DNA of 64,000 nucleotides from Mantamonas sphyraenae STR306 (taxonomy: Eukaryota; Protista; CRuMs). A program made the position numbers and the translations under genes. The stretch is from the NCBI GenBank assembly GCA_026936335.1, contig JAPMXV010000021.1:186512-250511 (forward strand). The letters are read 5' to 3'. Positions 12,193 to 24,751 of this stretch are shown one piece after another. Numbering within the stretch: the stretch's first letter is position 1; each line of letters begins with the position of its first letter. The notes under the pieces are model-generated. The model was given only the letters and a program-made list of their open reading frames with translations, was not told the origin of the DNA and did no database searches.

Positions 12193-14556
12193 TCATTCCC
12201 AAGCAAGCCATCCCATGCTCTGGCCACGCCAAAGGGTGTCTCTGTTCCCTGTACTGCTGCTGCTGCTGCTGCTGTTGCTGTGGAATGATTCGTATCTGGG
12301 CCGTTGAAAGACTCGCGGTTGCAGAACGTCGGCGCTGAGCCAGTCGTCCGGACTGGGCCACGGCACCTTGGGCTGGTGTTGGATCTGGTCGTCGTGAAAG
12401 AGGACACACAGAGTGTGCAGGCGCATGGCTTCGACATGGTCAGCAGGCGAACAGTGGAGCGATCTGTCCTGGAGCCATACGGCGGCAGGATGGGCCTGTC
12501 GAACAAAGTCACGTCGGGTGCGCTTCTTGCGCAATTGGATCACCTCTGGCACTGGACTTTGCGACTGTTGCAGCGCCGATGGATCCTGTTGCGGTGACTC
12601 GGGCTGTTCTCGAGGCTGTGGCTGTGGCTGTGGTTGTGGCTGTGTAACTTGGGATGAGGCTGGCTCAATGGTCATTGCTGTGGATGAAGATGTGGTGACG
12701 ACGCTGACAGATTCCTGCGCTGTCTGTGGTGGTTGTGAAGGGGTGGTGACGAGATCCAAGCAAAGGGAAGTGGATTCTTGGTCGGGTGGCTGAGGCGTGG
12801 AGACTGTGTCGTCGTGGCTGTGTGCGATGTAGCTGCAAACTCCGTCTGTGTCGATGGTCAACGGTGCATACTGAGTCAGCGCATGCACCAACCACAAAAA
12901 TCGTTGTTGTTGCTGCAGAGAGGCATCGTCGTCGTCGTCGTCTTTGTCGTCGTTTGCGTCTGTGTGAACCCCCTGCAGGGTGTAATCGAGACGCGTTTGC
13001 CAATCATCGAGCATTGGCAGGCCACGCAGCTCCACTTCCTGCACCAACGGCTGCACGGGTGCGTCTGTGGGCGGAGAGACACGCGCGTGGATGTGTGTGC
13101 ACAGTGCAGCCAGTCTGCGCCACAGGTACTGCCAGGCTTCGGACTCGAGGACCGGTGCGTCGACGCTGCCTTGGACGAGATCGTGCCGCTGGAGCAGCCA
13201 GACGAGCACTGTGTTGATGGCAGGCAAAAACGCAGGCGCCGCTTCGTCTGTGTCCTCTTCTTTGCTCTTGTTGTTGGTGAACGTGCTGTAGAAAATGGCC
13301 GCGCCGGTCATGAGCAGCAGCGTGGTGAGGTTTGCACTCTCCCAATCCTGGCTTTTGGCCACATGCGGCATGGAGGCGAGCAGGCATACCAACATGCGCA
13401 TTGCATGTGTGTCGTCGATGTGTCTGCACCGCAGCAGGAACCCATACTCACGCAAGAGCTCATGCAGCACCCTCTGGTGCTCGTTGACGGCAGATTCCTC
13501 ATCCTCTGGCTCCTTGGTGTCGTCGTGGCTGTGCAACAGACCCAACAGGTGCACAAAGCGGGTTGTGGCTACCTGAGAGATGGCCTCGGCGTCCTCTTCT
13601 TTGTACACAAACAGGTTGGAGGTCCAGTGGAGCCGTGCGCTGCCTCCGCGTCGTCGTTTACGTCGTCCCTGCTCGGTCGCACGCACCACAGTCCCTTCGG
13701 CATCCACTTGCAAGTCGTCGCGTTGGATGAGGGACAACGCGTGCTGGAGAAACTCTGTGCTGCGTGCGCGCTGAGCCGCTCGCGCAAACTGGGCCTGCAG
13801 ATTGGAACGCGCCGTGGCAAAGGGCACGGTGGCGCACATGGCACGCAAGTGACGGTACACCGAGTCCAACGTGTGTCCACGGTAGCTGGCAATGACGGCG
13901 AGCTGGTTGTGTGCGCGTCCGTGACTTGGCAACAGCCACGCTGCACGCTGGTAGTGTGCTTCGGCTTGGCCAAAGTCCTTGCGCTTGCTTCCACTGTGCA
14001 GTTGCATGTAGCGTGCCATGTCGCCCAGGCACACCAGTGCGTGTTGCCCCACGGTGGCGGCAGCCTGTAGCTCTTCCCGTCGCAGCGCCCACGACGCGCC
14101 GCCGTTCTGGACGTTGGCTTCGGCGGTGAGGAGGTCGGGGAGAGCATGACGGAAGCCTGCCATGCGATAACGCGTGTCCAGCCGCTCAAGAAGACGCTTG
14201 TAGGCGGCGTCACCGCGGATCAAAAACTCGCACAGCTCTTCGACAAGGCTATCCAGCTTGCCTTGCACACGCCGGCGATTGCTGCCTCGCAAAGCCTGAG
14301 AGCTGCTGCGTAGCTTGCTACGGTACCACTCAATGACTCTGTAGTGGCCATGTTTCCACACACTCTGCTCGGTTTCCCTCTGCACCGCGCCGAGCACGTC
14401 CTGCACAATCTCGTCCATGCCAGAAGCCACCGCACGCTCACACAACTCTGTGTGCGAGGAGCATCCCAGCTCCTGAAGCACCGCACGGGCCTGTGTGCCC
14501 TTTAGCGCGGGATCCACCTTGCTCAGTGCCTGCAACAACGTGTGTGCCTCGCTCAT
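12193..14556 (-). CDS. EST1/SMG7-family protein (14-3-3-like/TPR EST1 domain, no PIN domain seen)
   Basis: LVCLGDMARY...QAEAHYQRAAWLLPSHGRAHNQLAVIASY...SVYRHLRAMCATVPFATARSNL is the EST1/SMG5-7 signature. Confidence 0.85.
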   Translation of the reverse strand: MSEAHTLLQALSKVDPALKGTQARAVLQELGCSSHTELCERAVASGMDEIVQDVLGAVQRETEQSVWKHGHYRVIEWYRSKLRSSSQALRGSNRRRVQGKLDSLVEELCEFLIRGDAAYKRLLERLDTRYRMAGFRHALPDLLTAEANVQNGGASWALRREELQAAATVGQHALVCLGDMARYMQLHSGSKRKDFGQAEAHYQRAAWLLPSHGRAHNQLAVIASYRGHTLDSVYRHLRAMCATVPFATARSNLQAQFARAAQRARSTEFLQHALSLIQRDDLQVDAEGTVVRATEQGRRKRRRGGSARLHWTSNLFVYKEEDAEAISQVATTRFVHLLGLLHSHDDTKEPEDEESAVNEHQRVLHELLREYGFLLRCRHIDDTHAMRMLVCLLASMPHVAKSQDWESANLTTLLLMTGAAIFYSTFTNNKSKEEDTDEAAPAFLPAINTVLVWLLQRHDLVQGSVDAPVLESEAWQYLWRRLAALCTHIHARVSPPTDAPVQPLVQEVELRGLPMLDDWQTRLDYTLQGVHTDANDDKDDDDDDASLQQQQRFLWLVHALTQYAPLTIDTDGVCSYIAHSHDDTVSTPQPPDQESTSLCLDLVTTPSQPPQTAQESVSVVTTSSSTAMTIEPASSQVTQPQPQPQPQPREQPESPQQDPSALQQSQSPVPEVIQLRKKRTRRDFVRQAHPAAVWLQDRSLHCSPADHVEAMRLHTLCVLFHDDQIQHQPKVPWPSPDDWLSADVLQPRVFQRPRYESFHSNSSSSSSSTGNRDTLWRGQSMGWLAWE

Positions 14557-14682
14557 CGGGTGCACAACTCGTCGTCAGCTGCAGAGTGGTCAGTTGGGGG
14601 GTGTGTGAACAAGGGGGTGTGTGTTGGTTTGGTGACGTGTGCGCATGTGCACCTGCTTCACCAACCCACCCACCCACCCACC

Positions 14683-16475
14683 ATGTTTGCTCGCGCCACA
14701 CGACGAACGACACTGGCTTTGCATGTCCGGCCGGCGGTGTGCGTCGCACGGTATTCTACACGCGAGCTGGACGCAGGCACGGACGAGAATGCCGCGCGCA
14801 GGAGAGCGGCAGCGGCAGAAAGCGCGGAGGCTGCTGTGTTGGCAGAGAGCCAGCCGGCTCCGAATCTGGACTCGGGAGGAGGCGGCTTGCCACGTCCACC
14901 GACGGCAAACAAGTCGGACGATGACGTGTGGATGGACATGAAGGACATTCCCACGCCGTCGCAACTGACACGGGCTCTGGATAAGCATGTGATTGGACAG
15001 CCGGTGGGTTTCTTGCCGTGTGTGGCAGTCGTGTGTTTTCCCTCCGCGCGGTTGACAATCCCACACATGGACTGACACGGAGATGCGCGCCGCATGTGCT
15101 GCAGAGGGTCAAACGTGCACTGTCTGTGGCTGTGTACAACCACTACAAGCGTGTGATGATGGCAAACGAGGCAGCAAAGCGCCGAGCGGGCGCAGCAGCT
15201 GCGGCGGCCGAAGCTGCCGGTGGGGCACACATGAGCTTCGAGGAGTTGTGGGAGCTTGCAGAGAAGCAGCAAGCGGATGCACATGAAAAGAACAGCAGCG
15301 AGGAGAAGCAGGGCGAGGGAGGGGCGTCGTCACCGTCGTCGTCTTCGCAGGAAGAGGAAAACACGCGACGAATGCTCAGGCACCTGATGGCACAGGATCT
15401 GTCACCTGCAGCCGGGGTCGGATCCTCAGAGGGTGGGTCTGGGAATGGAAGTGACGCAGAAGGAGTGATGGAAAAGAGGCGGAGGCTGAGGCAGGAGGCA
15501 GAGGAGCTGGACGGGGTGCCTCGGTTTGACAAGTCGAACCTGCTGCTTATCGGCCCCACAGGCTCGGGCAAGACGCTGCTGGCACGCACACTGGCGCAAC
15601 AGGTGGACGTGCCGTTTGCCATTGCCGATGCAACGACGTTGACGCAGGCGGGATACGTGGGCGACGACGTGGAGAGCGTCATTTTCAAATTGTTGCAGAG
15701 CGCCGACTTTGACGTGCAGGCTGCCCAGCAGGGGATTGTGTACATTGACGAAATCGACAAGATTGCGCGTACGTCGTCCAATGTGTCGATCACGCGGGAC
15801 GTGAGTGGCGAGGGCGTGCAGCAATCGTTGCTGAAGATCATCGAAGGCAGCGTTGTTTCGGTGCCGGAAAAGGGTGGGCGGAAGAACCCTCGGGATAACA
15901 TGATCAGCGTGGACACAAGCAACATTCTGTTTATTGTGGGCGGGGCGTTTGAAGGGATTGAGAAGCTTGTTGCGGAGCGTACCTCTGCGCGGTCGATCGG
16001 GTTTGGGGCAAACGTGCGTCGTGCAAACGTATCGGGCGTGAAGGATTCAGAGGCGTACGGGTTGCTGCAACAGGTGACGAGTGAGGACCTGGTCAACTTT
16101 GGCATCATCCCAGAGCTGGTGGGGCGGTTGCCGCTGATCACGGCGCTGCACGCGCTGAGCGAGGAGGATCTGGTGCGCATCTTGGTGGAGCCGAAGAATG
16201 CGCTGCTGGGCCAGTACCAGGCGATTTTCCGCATGAATGACGTGGAACTGGAACTGACAGAGGATGCACTGGCCGAGGTGGCGCATCTTTGTGCACGTGC
16301 AAGCAGCGGCGCACGCGGCCTGCGCTACGTGATGGAGCGCGCCCTGCTGGATCTGATGTACGAGATTCCAGATCGCAAAGACATCCAAAAGGTGGTGGTG
16401 GACGCCGATGCCATCCGCGAGGTGCGCCCGCCCAAGTTGATCCTGGTGCAGGAGGAGGAGGAAGAAGCTGCGTGA
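14683..16475 (+). CDS. CLPX: Mitochondrial ATP-dependent Clp protease ATPase subunit ClpX
   Basis: LDKHVIGQ...[61 protein letters not shown]; intron 15004-15104. Confidence 0.96.
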
Positions 16476-16495
16476 GGGAAAGCGGGGGACCAAAA

Positions 16496-18615
16496 TCATC
16501 CAAAGTCCATTCGCTTGGGTGTGAAGCCGCGCAGGTCGATGCCATCCAGTGCAATTTTGGTGGGTGATACAAAGCTGTCGTCTTGGGTGTCGGCCGGTGT
16601 GGCCGGGGAATCTGTGGTTGTGGAGGAGGAGGAGGAGGAGGATGCAGTGCCTGAAGAGGAAGAAGCCATGCTGCTGCTGCTGCTGCTGCTGCTACTGCTG
16701 GTGGTGGTGTTGGTAGTGTCGTCGACGTACACGGCGTCTGGCCTGCTCCAAACCTTGACGACACCTGCGGTGCAGGCTGTGACAAGACCGTCTTGGACAA
16801 AGCGGAGGCAGGTGAGTGGCTGCAAATGGGCCTGGATGGTAGTCATGGGCTCGAGTTGGGCGACAAATCGTCGTCCCGGGGCCTTTTGTGCGCGGGAGAC
16901 GGAGATGGAGGCAAAGGAGGAGGTTGCGTTGGCGCCGGCGGTTGAGGAGGCCGTGGAGACGCCTCCTCCTGCAGACGGACTCTCTGTGGTTGCCGACGAA
17001 TGGAGGCGAGGTCGCTTGAGCTGCTGCTCGGAATACTCCCAAATGCAGAGGTTTGTGTCCTGGGCGACGCTGGCAAAGCGGTAGGTACGGTTGCGAGCGT
17101 CCTGCACATTCTGCCAGTCATCAAAGGCGACGGCAGAGACCCAGGAGGAGTGGCCCGGGCAGCGTGCTACAAGTTCCATCTTTTCAAAGGACCACAATGA
17201 GACGAGGTCGTCCTCACCGCCGGTGAGGAGCATGCGGCCGTCGTGGCTCCAGGCGACACACAGGAAGGCGCCATAGTAGGAGCGGAAGGCGGCAAGGAGG
17301 ACGTGGTCGACAAAGTCAAAGATGCGCAGGATGCCATCGCGACCACAGGTGGCAAGGTATTGGCCATCGGGCGAAAAGGCCATGGCTGTGACTGGCTTGT
17401 TGCTCACGTGCCATCGCTGCAACGGGTTGGATCCCTTGGTGGGGTTGTCGTACACATCGATGAGCTTGCGTGTGTTGGCGTCCAGTGGATCTTCAAAGGA
17501 CGAGTCTCCCGCATCGGTGTCGTAGAGATACAGATTGCCGTCTGCGTGAGCCACGAGCACGTGAGCCTCGGTGCCGGGCACCCAGCATGCGGCTGTGCTG
17601 CTGCTGCTGTTTACGCTTTCGCCCTTTTCATTGAGGTGTGTCTTGAAGCGTTGGTCGCGTGGCAAGTAGACGAGGATGTCGCCTGTGTCAAAGGTGATGA
17701 GCATCTCAAGCTGGTCGGCCGCCGCCCACGGTTTGAATGCAACCACGGTGGGCGTGGGACGAAAGTCCAGCGTGTCCAAATTGTTCTGTGTGCACACAAC
17801 ACATGGGTGGGAAGAGCGGGGGAGGAAGGCACAACGGGGACGCAGGGGCAGGGTGAGCGAGGGCGGGAAGTTTTGGTGCGTAGCGATGAAAGTCGACTTA
17901 CTCTGCCGGCGTTGAAGTAGTCCACCAGAAAGATGCTCTCGCCAATGTTGTAGGCCATGTACACAATGAAGTTTGCTCGCAGGTGTGCAGTGAGTGCCGT
18001 GCCGTTGTCCTGCTCGTCGTCGTCTTCGTCGGCAGCTTGTGCAACGCGCCCTCCGGTTCCTCGGCTGCCCTTCTTGCTCAGCTTCTTGGCCGACTTTTTG
18101 CTGCTGCTCTTGCCCTTTGCACTGGCTTTGGCCGGCGAGGGCGACGCAGATCCCTTTGCGGACTCGTCGTCGCCGCTGGCTCGTTCGCAGGCGTACAGGG
18201 AAACTGTGGTGGAGCGCAACAGAATGAAGTCGATCCTATGTGGCTGCACGCCCGTCTGCTGGTACATGTCACGCAGGCGCCAGTAGCCTTCATGTGTGTA
18301 GAACTTGCGACGTGCGGCCTTGGGCGGCGTGTCCATCATGGCCCTTGTTTTTGTGCCGCGTTTGCCTGCGGAAGCCTTGCCTGCGCTTTTCGACGGCGCC
18401 CGCTCAGAGTCAGAGTCCTCCTCGCTGTCGTAGGATACGATGCGGCTTCTGCGTGTGTTGTTTGTCTGTTGCTCCAGCTGTACTTCATCTTGCATGTCAT
18501 CTTGGCCGTCGTTGGAGCCGTTGGAGCCGTTGTCGATCAATTCTTCCTCGTCATCCAGCCCAGGCCCATTGTCGTCTTGGTCCTCACGCTGCCGTTGCTG
18601 ACGCGAAGGGAGCAT
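16496..18615 (-). CDS. WDR20: WD40 protein of the WDR20/DMWD/CreC family
   Basis: FYTHEGYWRL; NPLQRW...AFSPDG.YLA...RDG.LRIFDF...FRSYYGAFLCVAWSHDGR.LLTGGEDDLVSLWSF...VARCPGHSSWVSAVAFD. Intron ~17901-17786; start codon uncertain. Confidence 0.85.
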
Positions 18616-18709
18616 TGGGGGAGGGGATGCCAAGGGGGGAGGTTGTACTGCGGATGTGTACGTGTGTTTCTCGAGCAGAGCTTGGGTTGGCGATGGCGGC
18701 GCCAACACA

Positions 18710-19376
18710 ATGAGCTTTGCGGACATCCAGGCACTTTCAGAGCTGCTTGCGTCGAGCGAGGAGGCTCAAAAGGAGCAGTCGCAGACAAAGACGGAGGAGG
18801 AGCAGACGACGCCGTCAACGGTGGCCAGCACACAGGGCTATGTGGACGACGGTGCGTTTCGGAACGTTGCGAACGCACGCGCGGTGCAGGCTCATGCATC
18901 GGCACAAGTGGGCATCACTGACATCTTTGTGTGTGTGTGTGTGTAAAGGTGCGCCTGTGGCCGGGAAGAAGGCGAGCAAGGACATCTGGGATGTGGAGGC
19001 GGACGAGGAGCAGATCGTGGACGAAGAGGAGCTGCCGCCCGAGGTGGACGATGGACGCAGGAGGGCCAAGTATGAAGTTGTGTACAAACAAGCAGTCGGG
19101 GCGGAGGACATGTATCTGGGCATGAGTGGCAAGACGCCCGGGAGTAATTGGTGCGAGCAGATTGTTGTCAAGGTGACACTGCCCGAGACAGAGCGGGCCA
19201 GCGAGGTGAACATTGATGTCAAGGCCAAATACCTTGCCGTGGACACAGCACAGCGCAAGGCGCGTGTGGCGCTACCCAAGCCGGTGGACCCGGAGGGAGG
19301 CAGCGCACAGTGGGACGCCGAGAAGAAGGAGCTGCGCATCACCCTCGACGTGGTATTGCAAGAATGGGAAAAGTGA
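18710..19376 (+). CDS. DNAAF6: Axonemal dynein assembly factor PIH1D3/DNAAF6
   Basis: IQALSELL N-terminus; DIWD...DGRRRAKYEVVYKQAVGAEDMYLGMSGKTPGS; CS domain ending AQWDAEKKELRITL; intron ~18852-18948. Confidence 0.85.
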
Positions 19377-19551
19377 TGCGTGGGTGCAGCGTGGTGGCAG
19401 ATGGTTGGTTGTGCGGCGCAAAGCAGAGCGCGAGAGTCGCAAGGCCGGTCTGATCGCAAAGCGGAATCCCGAAAGGGGGTACGCAAAGACATGTATGCTG
19501 TCTGTTCACCCATTAGTGCGTTATTGCTCAACGAGCAGTAGTGCGGTGCCT

Positions 19552-19624
19552 CTCCCAGTGGCGAAGTGGATAACGCGTCTGACTCCTAATCAGAAGATCG
19601 CGGGTTCGACCCCCGCCTGGGAGT
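19552..19624 (+). tRNA. tRNA-Arg (anticodon CCT)
   Basis: Acceptor stem CTCCCAG/CTGGGAG, D-arm TGGCGAAGTGGATAACGC, anticodon arm TCTGA-CTCCTAA-TCAGA, T-arm GCGGG-TTCGACC-CCCGC. Confidence 0.95.
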
Positions 19625-19630
19625 GCCTTC

Positions 19631-19639
19631 TTTTTTTTT
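19631..19639 (+). terminator. Pol III oligo-T terminator of the tRNA
   Basis: T9 run starting 7 nt after the tRNA discriminator base. Confidence 0.75.
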
Positions 19640-19661
19640 CTCGTGCGTCATCAAACACAGT

Positions 19662-21980
19662 TCATTTCTTTCCCTTTTTCCCCTTCTTGCCCTTCTTTTT
19701 GTTCTTTTTGCCCTTGCCTCCGCCGGGGCTGTCGCTGTCGCCTTCAATCAGTGCCGCCAGCTCGTCGACGCTCATTTCTGCGCGTTCTTTGCGCACCTCC
19801 ATCACCTCCTCGTCTTCCTTGCTCATCTCCTGTGTCTGTTTGCCCTTGCCCTGCTGCTTCTTGCTGCTCGCTCCGCTCTCGTCGTCTCCTTCCTCCCACG
19901 CCTTGACGCCTGCAAAGCCAATCGAGTTTGCGTACTCGGACCCCAAATCAATCCCCTTCTTGTCGCTGCTGTCTGCGCTGCTGCTACTGCTGCCTGCGCC
20001 GCCCCCTGTCCCTACGCCGCTCACTCCTCCGTCTCCGCTTGGTCCGTACCAGTTGTTGGTGCTCATGCCGGACGACTCCCAGCCGCCCGTCTGCGCCACC
20101 GTCGCTTCCGTCAGCGCCTCTTCAAACTCCTTCCACTGCGTGCTCGACCGCAGATAATTTGACAAATACGCGTTTGGTGCCATGCTCTGTGCCTTCAGCC
20201 GCATCAGGTTGCCCAGCAGGATGATAAACCCGCAGTTTCCGCGATCCGCCCCTTCGGCTTCGGCAAAGTGCTTTGTCATCTTGCTCATAAACTTGTACTT
20301 GGACAGCAGCGTCTTCAGGCTTGCTTCGTGGTGTTCCATCACTGCCGTGCGCACCAGCATGTAGAACCGGCTCGCGTAGATGTTGTTGCTCGGCAGCGTC
20401 AGGAACCAAGTGCTCGTCACACGCCACACTTGTGGGCTCATCATATCCAGCACCACAGCCCCGTGCTTCTGCACAAGTTGCTCCAGCACACACAGTGTGC
20501 TCAACCGGAACGAATTCAGCGGTTCCTTCACTTCGTATGCGCTGTACGTCACTGCATCCTCGCCAGTCGCCCCGGGGTTGTAGATCAACACCTCACTCAG
20601 CGCCTCACAGTGCTTCACCAACAACTCGAAAATGGTTCCACTGTGCTGCTCCAGCATGTTGGGCGCCGCCGTCGCCAGTCCGCCGGGCATCCGCGCCGCA
20701 ACAGTCAGCTTTTCCGTGCTTGTGCGCACCACCTTATCTACAATCGCCATCAGGGCGCCCTGCACTTCCTTGTTGTACACTTCCTTGGCCGTGGTGCACG
20801 CTGCGTCAGCACACGCTCCAGCCAGCCCTTGTTGACCAGCGTGGCCATCAGCGCCTCGCTGCTCGGTTGTTTTGCCAGCTGCACAAGCGCACGCATCACA
20901 AAGTCCGCCACGTCCATCGCCTGCGACGGTTCGGCACACAGACGCTCCAGCACCTGGCCGAAAAAGTCCACGTCCATGAGCTCGTTCAGCAGCGCTTCCT
21001 GCGAGAACACCGTGTCTTGTTTGCGCGGTGTGCTCTCCAGCATCTTTGTCAGCAGGTCGGCAACGGCAAACTCGTGCACCAGCGGCACAAGCTTCTCAAA
21101 CAGTCTGTGCTGGCTCATGATTTTGAACACGCCGTCACGCATCTGCACAAACAGCGCATCCACCACGTTCTGGAAGTGGAACAGCATCCCACGCGCATTC
21201 ACGTGCACACACGCAAACACATTCAGCACAATCTCCTCTAGGTTCTCCTCCAGAAACGAACGCATGTTGATCGTCGGCTTCGCCAGCAGCCGCTGCACAT
21301 TCAGCGCCGCCTTGAGCTGCCGTCCTTCCAGCGGCTCTCTTTCTTGCACAGCCCCGCTCCCAGCCCTGCTGCGCCCATCGTCCACCAGATGCATAAATCC
21401 TACGAATGCCTGCATGCCTGTCTCCTGCTCCAGCAGTTCCAGCATGTTCAGCTTCACCACAGGATTGTCCAGCTCCACCAGCGCTCCGATCACTCGTGTG
21501 TGCAGCCGCAGCTTTGTCTCTACCTCCCCAAACCGTTCCAGCTCCTCCTCGCTCAACTCTGTGCTCATGCTTGCCACATCCTCTTCTCCCTCTTCGTCCC
21601 CGCCTGCACCCCGCACCGTGTCCCATCCGTTTCCCATCCCCATACACTCGTCAGTCTCTCTGTAAAGGCAATCACATGCGCCGCGACCCAGCTATCCCTC
21701 TCATGTCCACACCGTCACGCCCAAGCTCTTCGCATGCTCCCTCACACACACCCTTGCCCCGCGCACACAATGCAACTCACCCTCGATCTCGTAAAAGGCC
21801 TGTCGCGCGCGATACAGTGCCTCCAAGCGGTCTGTGGCTCGCAAAGTGCGCCCGCCCACAAAGTCAGTCGCTGCCTCCCAAGCGTGTCCCTTCACCCGCA
21901 CGTCTCCCTCTCCGGCCATCTCTCCCTCAACAACACCGCAGCCCTTGTGGCACACACATACCTGGTGTCAAGGTGGACAT
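19662..21980 (-). CDS. SAPS-domain (SIT4/PP6 regulatory subunit-like) protein; 2 introns and one apparent 1-nt deletion at ~20805
   Basis: Helical protein with PLNSFRL...WFLTLPSNNIY...GNCGFIILLGN...WKEF, similar to SAPS motifs. Small 5' exons MSTLTP|DRLEALYRARQAFYEIE|GGDEE join in phase 1. Confidence 0.6.
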
Positions 21981-22028
21981 GATGCTGGGAAACACTGCGA
22001 GCGCCGCCGCAGCCCATTCATTGCCGAA

Positions 22029-23639
22029 ATGCTCCTCCACCGCACACGTGTCCTCCTATCACGCGATCCAAGTGCAAAGGCAAAGGCATTGGCCGCTTCA
22101 GAGCTGCAGCGGGCTCATCGTGAAGCCCTGGAGCAGCTGGAGGCCCAAGAGGCCGCCGGGTTGGATCCCACCGAGAGTGGTCCGCTCGAAGACAAGAGCC
22201 GCAAATGGGCCCACCGCGGCGGCATGATCACAAACAAGTTTGTGGACCAGGTCATGTTGCGCGTGCGTGCTGGTAGAGGCGGCGACGGCGCGGTCAGCTT
22301 CCGCCGTGCCAAGTTTGTGCCACGCGGCCCAGCGGACGGAGGCGACGGCGGACGCGGCGGCAATGTCCTCGTCCATCCTCAGGATAACCTGAGCGATCTC
22401 TCACACATCAAATCCCTGTACAAAGCCACCAATGGCCTTCCTGGCGGCTCAGGAGGCATGGCTGGACAACGAGGCAAGGACGTCCTCATCCCGGTTCCCG
22501 CCGGCACCGTCATAACCGCCTGGGACGTGTTTGAAGAGCACGACGAGGACCAAAACACACACGCATCCAACCACCCTCCGCCCAAACCGCCCAACATGCC
22601 CTCCTTTATCGACATGGCCGAACACGACGAAAACGACGGCGTAGACGACGCAGAAGGCAGCGAGGCTGAACAAGACGGTGGAATTGTTCATACGCAGCAA
22701 ACCGCGCCCTCTGCACGCATGGCCGCTCTCCAGGACATTGTTGCTGCACAGGAACCATGCCTTCAGGTCGACTTTCCTCCCGCCAAAGATGCGGGTGGGA
22801 AAGCAAAACCCGGTGGCCCTCGCTACGTCCTTGTCGGAAAGGGTGGCAATGGCGGCTTTGGCAACGCCCGCTTCAAACACACCTCAAAGTCGCCACGCAT
22901 GCGCATGCCCGGAAGACCCGGACAGGAGCGTGTCCTGCGCCTCGAGCTCAAAACCTTGGCCGATATCGGCCTCGTTGGCTTCCCAAACGCCGGCAAGAGT
23001 AGCTTCCTCCAGGCTGCCACGCGAGCACGCCCAAAGGTCGCCCCGTACCCGTTCACCACGCTCAGCCCGTCTGTGGGCACCGTCAATCTGCCCAATTACA
23101 CGCAGATGACAATTGCCGACCTCCCGGGCCTCATCGACGGCGCACACCAAAACAAGGGGCTCGGCCACGTGTTTCTCCGCCATGTGGAACGCACACAAAT
23201 CCTTGCCTTTGTTCTCGACATGTCCCGCCAGCACATGGGCCTCTTTCGTGGCCAAGAGCGTCGCCAGAGCCTCTGGTTCGACAATGGCGATTGGGAAGAC
23301 GAAGGTCTCCAGAGCGCCTCTCTCGATCCTCGCAGCCCCTTTGAACAATTTCTCGCCTTGCGTGATGAGCTCCACGCCTACTCGCCCCAGCTCCTCCACA
23401 AGCGCTCCTTTGTCATTGCCAACAAGATGGACATCCCAAGCGCTCAGAAGCACCTGGACGAGTTTCTCGCTGCAAAGAACGACCTTCCTGAACTCAACGA
23501 CCTCGTCGTGGCCAAAGTCAGCGCTGCCGACGGCATGGGTGTCGACGATGTCATTGCGTGGTGCTTCCAGGAGCTCCACGGCGAAGCCGAGGCCGTCAAA
23601 TGGCGCATCCAGCCTGACCAAGACCAGTTCGTCATGTGA
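22029..23639 (+). CDS. Obg/CgtA-family GTPase (mitochondrial MTG2/GTPBP5-like)
   Basis: FVD...AGRGGDGAVSFRRAKFVPRGPADGGDGGRGG, LELKTLADIGLVGFPNAGKSS, YPFTTLSP, DLPGLIDGAH, NKMD. Confidence 0.93.
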   Translation: MLLHRTRVLLSRDPSAKAKALAASELQRAHREALEQLEAQEAAGLDPTESGPLEDKSRKWAHRGGMITNKFVDQVMLRVRAGRGGDGAVSFRRAKFVPRGPADGGDGGRGGNVLVHPQDNLSDLSHIKSLYKATNGLPGGSGGMAGQRGKDVLIPVPAGTVITAWDVFEEHDEDQNTHASNHPPPKPPNMPSFIDMAEHDENDGVDDAEGSEAEQDGGIVHTQQTAPSARMAALQDIVAAQEPCLQVDFPPAKDAGGKAKPGGPRYVLVGKGGNGGFGNARFKHTSKSPRMRMPGRPGQERVLRLELKTLADIGLVGFPNAGKSSFLQAATRARPKVAPYPFTTLSPSVGTVNLPNYTQMTIADLPGLIDGAHQNKGLGHVFLRHVERTQILAFVLDMSRQHMGLFRGQERRQSLWFDNGDWEDEGLQSASLDPRSPFEQFLALRDELHAYSPQLLHKRSFVIANKMDIPSAQKHLDEFLAAKNDLPELNDLVVAKVSAADGMGVDDVIAWCFQELHGEAEAVKWRIQPDQDQFVM

Positions 23640-23658
23640 ACCCTTCATGTCCAAGTTT

Positions 23659-24719
23659 CTATTGGATCACACACTTCTTGTCTTCCTTTTGGGCAAAGGC
23701 GCGCTGCTGGATGCGGTTCTTCTTTGCCTCCGGGTTCAGACGGTCCATCACCTCGAGCTCCTCCTCCCGCTCCTCCGGAAGCTGCAGCAATCCCGAGTTC
23801 ATGCCCGAGCTCACCTGGTGCAAGAACGTGTTCAGCGTGCGGATATCCACCGCCAGCTTGTCCACAGAGATCGACGCGGGTGTTCGCTGACACTCCTCGC
23901 TCAGCGCCTCTGTCGCCTCCTCTAGGTTCTTTTGCAGAAACTCAAACAGCCGCTGCTCAGGCCCCTCCTTCAGATAGTACCCATAAATGTATGTGTACTT
24001 CAGGATGCGCCTGCAGTCGCGCAGCGTGCGGTACGCCGCGTTAATCAGCTCCGCTCGACGAAGGTCTCGCGCGCTGTAGTGGCCACTCTCAAACGCGGCC
24101 ATCATGTTGGCCAGGTTGTTCTCCGACACAGGAATCATGCGCTCGGCATACTTTTTCTTGTCTTCGTGGTTGTTGAAGCGCGTCATGAAGTGGTTGTACC
24201 GCTCCAGCTCGGCCTGCAACTCGTCCTTCTCCGCCTGGTCAAAGTTGAAGCCCTTCCACTTGTGGCACTCGTAGTAGCCGCCCGTCAGCGAGCCATGGAA
24301 CTTCCACTGGCCCATGCACACCCAGCAAAACTCGTGGTGGCACTTGCTGCACGTCATGTGGTTGCACCCTTCGTTCTTCTGGATGTTTGTGCGGCACTTG
24401 GGACACTTCTTTGTGTTCACCTTGAGCCACTTTGTGTTTTCGTTGTTGTCCACGTCTTTTTCCTTCCACTTGGACAATGTTTCGCAGTCCACCGGCGTGT
24501 GGTCCTCCTCGCCGCACGAAAAGCAAAACGCATACCCGCACTGGCATTGCACCATCCCCTTCTCCTTGCTACTCTGCGTCTTGCTCACTGCATGTCCGCA
24601 TCCGGGCGCAGGGCACCACTGGATGTACTGGTTGTCGTCCACAAACGAGTTGACCAGATACCGAATGTACTTGTCAAACGGCGTCTCGGGCTTCAATGGT
24701 TCGCCGCTCGACGCCATGG

Positions 24720-24751
<32 letters not shown>

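Noticed and set aside
12193-14556. Functional link between the EST1-like gene and its location near a telomere
   Set aside because: It lies about 50 kb from the end among unrelated genes, and the family also acts in NMD; the position is probably coincidental.
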